Assembly: GCA_000743035.1 (NCBI GenBank)
Contig: CP008936.1
Location: forward strand, 1,560,001-1,592,000
Length of the DNA: 32,000 nt
Origin: Candidatus Paracaedimonas acanthamoebae
GTDB lineage: Bacteria > Pseudomonadota > Alphaproteobacteria > Caedimonadales > Caedimonadaceae
Direction of reading: 5' to 3'
Below, one piece after another: positions 26,089-32,000 of the stretch. The notes beneath the pieces were generated by a model. It saw nothing but the letters and a program-made list of their open reading frames with translations, made no database searches and was not told where the DNA came from. A program made the position numbers and the translations under genes. The stretch's first letter is position 1; each line of letters begins with the position of its first letter.

Positions 26089-26318
26089 TTACCTCTTCTC
26101 CTTGTTTATCTATAGAATCAAAGAGCAGGGTAACGAATAAATCACTTTCCTAAACGGGGTTTGTACCTCCAATGCCGGGTTCGTTGTACTCCCTGGACCA
26201 TGTTTTTTAACGGGGTAATCCACCAATAAGCAGACGGCCGCTCTCTTTGATAGCTCAACTTTAGCAGTTAACGAGCGCGAGTTTCTATTTATTAGGGAAA
26301 GGGGTGCCATTTAGGTGG
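26089..26318 (-). ncRNA. Candidate bridge-RNA-type non-coding leader of IS110 element C
   Basis: Non-coding 5' end. It contains 9-mers identical to both insertion junctions (26202-26210 = 26318-26326; 26145-26153 = 24716-24724). It also has an 11/12 copy of the subterminal right end (26188-26199 versus 24728-24739). Confidence 0.45.
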
Positions 26319-26587
26319 TTTTTTAAGATATCTCGCTCCTGGCGAACAAGATAAAGCTCCCGCTTAAGCGCTCTTAATTCTTCCTCAACAACATGGCCAC
26401 TGCCAGGAAAACTTCTCTCTCCCTCACGCCGGTATTGTTTAATCCAGTGCCCTAAACTGGCACGCGAAATCCCTAAATCTAAAGCGATCTTCTCAATGCT
26501 CTTGTCATTACTCAAATAAACTTTAACCGCATTAATTTTAAATTCTTTATCGTATTTCTGGGTCATGTTCTCTCCTTTCAATAACAT
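26285..26587 (-). pseudogene. IS3 family OrfA (HTH), 3' end displaced by the IS110 insertion
   Basis: MTQKYDKEFKINAVKVYLSNDKSIEKIALDLGISRASLGHWIKQYRREG...RELYLVRQERDILK is followed by 10 read-through codons (NHLNGTPFPNK) that belong to the IS110 left end. Confidence 0.85.
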
Positions 26588-26635
26588 TAACCCATCTCGG
26601 TTCCTTGTGTCCGCTTTATTGTAGCAAGATCAGGT

Positions 26636-27132
26636 GGTGCTTAAGTAGTAGTTTAGGGGTAGAAGCCTGTCTCATGAGCTTAGAGCAAGCCATTGCTATT
26701 TATGGGATTCCTGAAATTATACATTCTGACCAGGGGGCTCAGTTTACATCCCATGAGTGGGTCACTGCTTTGCAGATAAGAGGTATTCTTATCAGTATGT
26801 CTGGCCAAGGACGCTCTAATGATGGCGCTCATATTGAAAGGCTGTGGCGCACGCTCAAATATGAAGCACTCTATATTCAAGGGATAAGAACAGTGCCTGA
26901 GCTGAAGGCAATGTTAAAAAATTCGTTACATGGTATAACCATTCAAGACCTCATCAGGCTTTAGAATATAAGGCACCTATTGAGGTTTTAGGCTCATTTA
27001 CAAATGAGTCTCAAAAAGGAATAAGGATGGTGCCATCAGCTTATTCTTTAGAAAATGTAACAACAACCAACAATAAGGTGAAAGACTCTCTTAAATAAGA
27101 AACTTAGTTGTCCGATAAAAGGGGTGCAGTTC
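26636..27132 (+). pseudogene. Older IS3-family (IS150-like) relic: C-terminal half of a DDE transposase plus the right end
   Basis: GIPEIIHSDQGAQFTSHEWVTALQIRGILISMSGQGRSNDGAHIERLWRTLKYEA is followed by a frameshift near 26925. It then reads KFVTWYNHSRPHQALEYKAPIEV...* (stop about 27097). The terminal sequence ...CTTAGTTGTCCGATAAAAGGGGTGCAGTTC (27103-27132) resembles IS150-type ends. Confidence 0.75.
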
Positions 27133-27488
27133 CGTTTGGTGGCATCCACAAATTTTAGACGATAGTCTTTATGCTTTGTAAAAAGAGGATCGAAAAAATA
27201 TAGGTAAAGTTAAATCGAAATATGTTAAGTATTTTACAGGAATTATTAAGTGCCTTCCTTGAATGGAAAGTAAGATTGTTACAGTATGATAAGGTTGAGA
27301 AAAGAAATGAAAAGGATAAAACATGAGCAATATATTCATGTTTTAAGTCGGGCAGTTGTTATTGACGATGATCATATCTTATTATGCCTAACACATAAAA
27401 ATACTACATAAGTACCCGCTTCTAGGTTCAGATCACCATTTTAAGCTTATGATTCTGTTATTTAAGCCATAAACAACTTTGAGTTAGA

Positions 27489-28050
27489 TCAGTTATTGAA
27501 CTTTATATCATACCGTGTACTTCGACCGCTTCCTGGAAGTCTCATAAAACATCCTTGTTGCAAGAGATTACTTAAATCTCTAGTTGCTGTCGCTTTAGAA
27601 CACTTGGTGAGCTTCATATACTTCTGAGCACTCATCCCACCCTTAAATCCTTTAGAGCCTGCTTGAAACATTGTCTCAACAACTTTTTGTTGTCTCTCAT
27701 TAAGGTGGTTTCTGTATTTATGCCAAAATCTAGCCCTATGAAGGACAAAATGAATATGTTGTTTTGATTCTAATTGGGCTTGATAAATTATATGTACAAA
27801 GTATTCAATCCAAGCCGTAATATCAATATCGTAGCGACTTGCATAAGAAAGCTCAGCATAATATTTCTTTTTATTTCTTGAAATCATAGTTGAAAGGCTT
27901 AATAAGCTTGGGCCCCCTAAATCTTGAGATAATGCTTTTTCAGAAATAGCTCGCCCTATGCGCCCATTCCCATCTTCAAAAGGATGAATACTTTCAAAAT
28001 ATAGATGCGCAATCGCAGCTCTAACTGGACCAAGAATATTAACTTTCCCT
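27489..28050 (-). pseudogene. Fic/DOC-family protein, N-terminally truncated
   Basis: The frame is open upstream of the track Met. AAIAHLYFESIHPFEDGNGRIGRAISEKAL is the Fic motif, at about nt 27953-27979. A C-terminal winged-helix reads KYMKLTKCSKATATRDLSNLLQQGCF. The N-terminal about 100+ aa of a normal Fic fold are absent. Confidence 0.7.
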
Positions 28051-28077
28051 TGAGAGGGGGCAACTCCTCCCCGGCTA

Positions 28078-28305
28078 CCAGGCGATAATGCTATTGTTTT
28101 GACGGGATCATATAACTGGACAAACGCTGCAGAGGCAAGAAATGCTGAAAATCTTTTAATTATTACAAATCGCCCAACTGCTAAGATTTATAAAAATAAT
28201 TGGAAAAGACGGTATCAAAGAGCAATAAAGATGAGTTCACAAGATTTAACCAATAAAAGTTTTTCCTCTCAAACAAAGGTAATTAGACCAAAAGTGATTC
28301 ATTAA
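28078..28305 (+). pseudogene. PLD-family nuclease (Nuc-like), C-terminal fragment
   Basis: GDNAIVLTGSYNWTNAAEARNAENLLII matches the GSxNxT...NxEN tail of HKD/PLD nucleases. The HxK part of the HKD motif is not present upstream. Confidence 0.55.
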
Positions 28306-28424
28306 TAAAAAATGCACAATGTTTAATCATATGACTGTAGAGCTAAGAAGATAACCACCATATGATTCTTATCCACAACCCTGTCCCCAGAATTTGAGGA
28401 TAACTTTTTTTAGAAAGTAAATAA

Positions 28425-28933
28425 ATGACAGAGAGACCTAAGCTAACAATTAAGAAGTCCTTAAGCTTAAATCAGCAATCCCAACTCTTTCAAGCATTAA
28501 AACCCCTTCATGAGCAAACGAAAAAAGAAAAACATCAAGACTTGCAACAGCAGAAACAAAAAGAGAGAGAAGCCAAACAGAAGAAGAAAGAGGAAACTAA
28601 AGTTGCTTTAAGATGGCTTTATGAACAATTCCCTGCTTGCTTTAATCCTAAAGACTTAAAGCCGCTAAACTTAATATTGATAAAGATCTTTTTTCTTTTC
28701 TTGAAAAAGAGAACTACCCTTCAAAGGTTAAATTGAGAGATGCCCTTACCTATTACACAAGTAGCATTCATTATCTTAAAGCTGTTATTAACGGCACACA
28801 CCGGCATGATCTTAAGGGCCAACAAGTTCAAGAAATTACCCAAGAGCAAAAAGATTTTGCTCATGACAAAATTGAGAAAATTCTTCAATCAATAAAAACT
28901 AAGAAGCAGCATAAAAATAAATCTTTTAGCTAA
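28425..28933 (+). pseudogene. ProQ/FinO-domain RNA chaperone gene, frameshifted
   Basis: A Lys/Glu-rich N-terminus is followed by ALRWLYEQFPACFNPKDLKPL. Near 28675 the sense continues in the +1 frame as KLNIDKDLFSFLEKENYPSKVKLRDALTYYTSSIHYLKAVINGTHRHDLKGQQVQEIT, the ProQ/FinO core. The track splits it into 28425-28736 and 28733-28933. Confidence 0.65.
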
Positions 28934-29046
28934 TATAAAACAGACAAAACTTTAAGAGCCCTTAAAAATAATCTTATAACAAAAATTGCTATTTTTTGTT
29001 ATTTTTAGTATAATAATTCTTATGTGTATAAGAAGAGGTTTTAATT

Positions 29047-29292
29047 ATGAATATTTCTCTTAACCCAAATCTTGAGAAATTTATCCATCAGAAGATTGAA
29101 GAAGGATATTACAACTCTGCTAGTGAAGTTGTACGGGATGCGTTAAGGCTCTTAATTGAGAAAGAAACCCTCTTTAAGCAACAAGTCGATAAACTTAATC
29201 AAGATATTAGATTAGGTCTTACTCAACTTGCAGAAGGCAAAGGCATTGAGGGCAAAAAGGTTTTTGATGAGATTAAGGCCTTAAAGAAATAA
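29047..29292 (+). CDS. parD: ParD-type (CC2985-family) antitoxin
   Basis: 81 aa. SLNPNLEKFIHQKIEEGYYNSASEVVRDALRLLIEKE. GAAGAGG lies upstream of the ATG. A ParE gene follows 2 nt downstream. Confidence 0.8.
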   Translation: MNISLNPNLEKFIHQKIEEGYYNSASEVVRDALRLLIEKETLFKQQVDKLNQDIRLGLTQLAEGKGIEGKKVFDEIKALKK

Positions 29293-29294
29293 CA

Positions 29295-29588
29295 TTGTCC
29301 TCATTTATTTTCTCCCCTGCCGCAAGACAGGACCTCATTGAAATATGGCAATATATTGCAGAAGAAAATATTGAGAATGCTATAAAGGTTCTTTCTAAAA
29401 TCGAAGAGAAATGCCATATGTTGAGCGAGTTTCCTCACCTTGGCCACCAACGCAAAGACCTAACAGATCATCCAGTCTTATTCTGGCCTGTATACAATTA
29501 TTTAATCATTTATAAGCAAGATACGAACCCTTTAGAAATTGTCAGATTTCTTAACGGATATCGTAATCTAATTGATTTATTACAGTAA
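29295..29588 (+). CDS. parE: ParE-family toxin
   Basis: 97 aa with a TTG start. FSPAARQDLIEIWQYIAEEN...FPHLGHQRKDL...YLIIYKQDTNPLEIVRFLNGYRNL. Confidence 0.8.
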   Translation: MSSFIFSPAARQDLIEIWQYIAEENIENAIKVLSKIEEKCHMLSEFPHLGHQRKDLTDHPVLFWPVYNYLIIYKQDTNPLEIVRFLNGYRNLIDLLQ

Positions 29589-29710
29589 AAATTTATAGCC
29601 TCTTTTGTTAAGAATCAAAATTTGCAAGATCAATAATTAGAAGGCTAATTCTGTTGAGTTATTATCTCTCTTCTCTTACTGTATAAGAGGATATTAAAGG
29701 AATAGATTTC

Positions 29711-30382
29711 TTGTGCGGAAGATTTACTCTCTTTGCTAAGCTAGAAGAACTTAAAACTGAATTTGAGTTAAAAGAAGCAAATTCCCTTCCCTCTTCTTAT
29801 AATATTGCCCCTTCTCAGAGTATCTTAATTATTTCTCAAGATGCAGAAACTTATGGCAAGCATCTTCACTTAGCTCATTGGGGTCTTATTCCTTCTTGGA
29901 CCAAGAATCCTCATGAAGCCCCTAAGCCTATTAATGCCCGCTTTGAAACATTGACGGAAAAACCTTATTATAAGAAATCATTTCAGCGACAAAGGTGTTT
30001 GATCCCAACCACAGGCTTTTATGAGTGGACTTCTTCTCATGGAACAAAGCAGCCTTATTTCTTTTATATGAAAGATTATAAGCCTTTTGCCCTTGCAGGA
30101 ATTTATGATTATTGGCCAGGTGGCGTAGAAACAGCAGAGATTGTAAGTGCTACTATTATTACCACAGACGCTAATTCCTTATTAAAGCCTTATCACTCCA
30201 GAATGCCTGTTATTATTGAACCTCATAACTATGGCCATTGGCTTGATCCCGAGAATAAAAATACAGAAGAACTTATGGCGATGCTCTACCCTCGCGATTA
30301 TGAGGCTCTTACTTGTCATGCTGTAAGTCAGTATGTAAATGCCCCTAGGAACAATGACTCTAATTGTATTAAACTTGTCTAA
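29711..30382 (+). CDS. yedK: SRAP-domain protein (YedK/HMCES-like abasic-site processing protein)
   Basis: 223 aa with a TTG start. It has the hallmark N-terminus MCGRF (Cys2 nucleophile). Other motifs: YNIAPSQ, HWGLIPSW, NARFETL, CLIPTTGFYEW and RMPVII. Confidence 0.9.
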   Translation: MCGRFTLFAKLEELKTEFELKEANSLPSSYNIAPSQSILIISQDAETYGKHLHLAHWGLIPSWTKNPHEAPKPINARFETLTEKPYYKKSFQRQRCLIPTTGFYEWTSSHGTKQPYFFYMKDYKPFALAGIYDYWPGGVETAEIVSATIITTDANSLLKPYHSRMPVIIEPHNYGHWLDPENKNTEELMAMLYPRDYEALTCHAVSQYVNAPRNNDSNCIKLV

Positions 30383-30384
30383 GG

Positions 30385-30885
30385 TTATCTTGCTTTTGCG
30401 AGCTCATTCCAAGAGGTTGTATACCTTGAAGATAAATGTTCTCTGCTAGTTAAGGTTAAAGCTTTCTGTCCCACAGCAGCATAGCTTACAGCTCCTTTGC
30501 CGTATTTCTTGTTCAGGTGATCAATCGTTTGCATGAGAATCTCATGCCTATGGGAAGGACGCGTAAAAAAAGAATATTGGACTTGTTCTCTATCCACCAA
30601 TCCCATTAAGCAAACGCCTGCTTTCTTATAACTAAAGCCAACTCTAAAGATTTTATTTAGTCCTTCCTTGGCTGCTTTTAAAAGAGCGGTGGTATAATCT
30701 GTTGCAATGTCTAAATGGATAAGATGAGAGTTGGAATAATAATCTTCTTCTGAAAAACGATTAGTTTTAATAAATACTAAAACTTGAGAAGTGATACTTC
30801 CCTCACCTCTTAGTTTTTCTGCCGCTCTTTCTATGAAAGCTGGGATGGTGATGTTTGGGTCGCTGATATGGGATGTGCCGTTCAA
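30385..30885 (-). pseudogene. umuC: UmuC (Y-family DNA polymerase V) C-terminal fragment
   Basis: 166 aa. AEKLRGEG...VLVFIKTNRF...GFSYKKAGVCLMGL...MQTIDHLNKKYGKGAV...REHLSSRYTTSWNELAKA matches the little-finger/C-terminal region of UmuC. The polymerase core (about 250 aa) is missing. Confidence 0.7.
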
Positions 30886-31740
30886 AAGACGATTTTGTCA
30901 GGGGGGATTGGCGATTTTAGGAATTTTGATTTGGCGCGTTTAGAACATTTACGCCATTTAGGGAAAAAGAAAAAAGGAGACCTTCGTGCAACTTTCAATG
31001 GTCATGCATCAGATAACTTTGCCGCGGGTCTCGCCATACTTCATTTAATTCTTGGGGAGGAGCATCCGTTTCAAGAATTGTTTGATCCGGTCATAGAAAA
31101 AAGGGCCAGCATTCCAAATTACATGCTTAACAAATGGACTCAAGAAACCTATGAAGCTGCGCTTGAAAAGGCTTTTGGTAAATCAAAAAATAATGATACC
31201 GGAATTTTCAAGGTGATTCGTGGATTAACTCTTACTAATCCTCAAGAGAGATGGTCAACTGAGAAAGCTCAAAAAGCACTTGAAAAACTTCTCCCTGAAG
31301 AAAGTGGTAAAAAGTTGTTTTCACAATTCGAAAAGAGGTGGCAACAAATAGCAAGCCAATCGCAACAGGTAGAAAATCCCGAAGAAGGAAGTGATCTTTC
31401 TTCTAACTATCTATATAAGAAAGAGGCTATCTATTATCACGACATCTTACAGGAAGAAAACCATTCTAGTGAATTTTATGGAAAAGACCTTTCTGTTTAT
31501 GAGACTATGCAAAAGCCCTATGAAGAGGAAAATAAGCGTATTGGGGCGGCGAGTTCCTCAACCGATGTATATGTTGACACTCTAGAGAAACCAGAGGGAG
31601 GAGAACCTACTACTTATACAATCATTCCAGATGAAGAAGATGGGGCTACTTATACAATCCCAGATGCTTTTAAAAGTTCCCCTCCTCCGCGCCGTAATGG
31701 AAACCCAAGCAATACCCCCAACGAATGGGTCTATCAATAA
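30868..31740 (+). pseudogene. Eukaryotic-like Ser/Thr protein kinase, C-lobe only, with acidic and Pro-rich tail
   Basis: IGDFRNFDLA is DFG-like. SDNFAAGLAILHLILGEEHPF looks like subdomain IX-X, and IRGLTLTNPQERWSTEKAQKAL like subdomain XI. There is no N-lobe or catalytic loop. Homology starts at the junction with the umuC relic. Confidence 0.45.
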
Positions 31741-31754
31741 GGGACATTTTAATC

Positions 31755-31781
31755 GCGAGAGCCAGATTTAGTGGCTCTCGC
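31755..31781 (+). terminator. Stem-loop downstream of 30868-31740, possible intrinsic terminator
   Basis: GCGAGAGCC-AGATTTAGT-GGCTCTCGC is a 9-bp stem followed by the moderately T-rich CTAATTTATGTT. Confidence 0.4.
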
Positions 31782-32000
31782 TAATTTATGTTCCTCATTT
31801 TGTGTGCTTTAAGGAAAACTAAACTCTTTTCTTAACTTGCCAAAATATAAGCTACATACAGAAGTTAATCCTAGACAATGGCATGTGCATGCTCATTATT
31901 CTCTTATAAAATATTGAAGTCATGCCAAAATGAAAAAAACTTCATCAAAGGGCATTCGATTTGAGAAAAAGCAATTTAGCCTTTACAGGCGAAGACTCCC

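Larger units (their letters stand above)
24721..26318 (-). mobile_element. IS110-group insertion sequence (element C) inserted in the IS3 frameshift window
   Basis: It interrupts ...ERDILK | KAVAIFS... of IS3 OrfA at the A-rich slippery region (TTAAAAAA|...|GAAAGCAGTTGCC). It has a 230-nt 5' leader, and the transposase stop sits at the very 3' end. Boundaries are plus or minus 2 nt. Confidence 0.8.
23776..26635 (-). mobile_element. IS3-family insertion sequence carrying a nested IS110-family element
   Basis: A 17-bp perfect terminal inverted repeat is formed by ACCTGATCTTGCTACAA (23776-23792) and TTGTAGCAAGATCAGGT (26619-26635), with TG...CA termini. OrfA and OrfB are separated by a 1.6-kb insertion. 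Confidence 0.9.

Noticed and set aside
27306-27410. 34-codon ORF MKRIKHEQYIHVLSRAVVIDDDHILLC... resembling the start of a Nudix hydrolase
   Set aside because: It is too short, the Nudix box itself is not present, and it stops after 34 codons. At most it is a tiny relic.
28368-28376. Perfect DnaA-box consensus TTATCCACA upstream of the ProQ/FinO-like gene
   Set aside because: It is a single box with no cluster, no adjacent AT-rich unwinding element or iterons, and a 9-mer can occur by chance in 32 kb. This is not enough to call an origin.
29678-29686. TACTGTATA half SOS (LexA) box 25 nt upstream of the SRAP gene
   Set aside because: The second half-site (ACAG at the right spacing) is absent. 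A half-site alone is not a LexA operator. It is mentioned only as a possible relic.
31930-32000. Possible gene start MKKTSSKGIRFEKKQFSLYRRRL at the window end
   Set aside because: Only 23 codons are visible, with no clear RBS. This is too little to support a feature.

Overview
AT-rich, highly mosaic accessory region. I read it as a decaying integrated conjugative or plasmid-derived island in an intracellular, probably amoeba-associated bacterium. The organism call is inference only, resting on the mix of F-box/Sel1/Fic/kinase-like genes and an F-type TraD.

What the sequence supports:
(1) IS debris is very dense. There are three different IS110-family elements: one intact IS110-group copy plus a decayed copy, one IS1111-like copy plus a relic, and one copy nested inside an IS3-family element. 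That IS3 element abuts an older IS150-like relic and truncates traD. There are also IS6-type terminal repeats, two IS6 transposase relics, an IstB relic and four serine-recombinase relics.
(2) Three type II toxin-antitoxin modules are present: ParE/RelE-RHH, VapBC and ParDE.
(3) Plasmid-backbone remnants include truncated F-type TraD, a frameshifted ProQ/FinO-like gene, a PLD/Nuc relic, an intact SRAP/YedK gene and a UmuC relic.
(4) A co-oriented array at 12.2-20.0 kb encodes proteins with N-terminal hydrophobic leaders. It includes a Fic enzyme, a HAD phosphatase-like protein and several unknowns, one with a bilobed hydrophobic domain.
(5) Eukaryotic-like genes are present: two F-box proteins (one with Sel1 repeats) and a protein-kinase C-lobe relic.

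No rRNA, tRNA or CRISPR array was recognised.

The most interesting non-protein signals are these. The long non-coding ends of the IS110-family elements contain short copies of their own insertion junctions and ends, which is bridge-RNA-like. An 80-bp inverted-repeat-bounded cassette carries a 171-aa secreted ORF. Passenger-gene segments are bounded by IS6-type repeats. All homology statements come from motif recognition by eye. No database search was possible.
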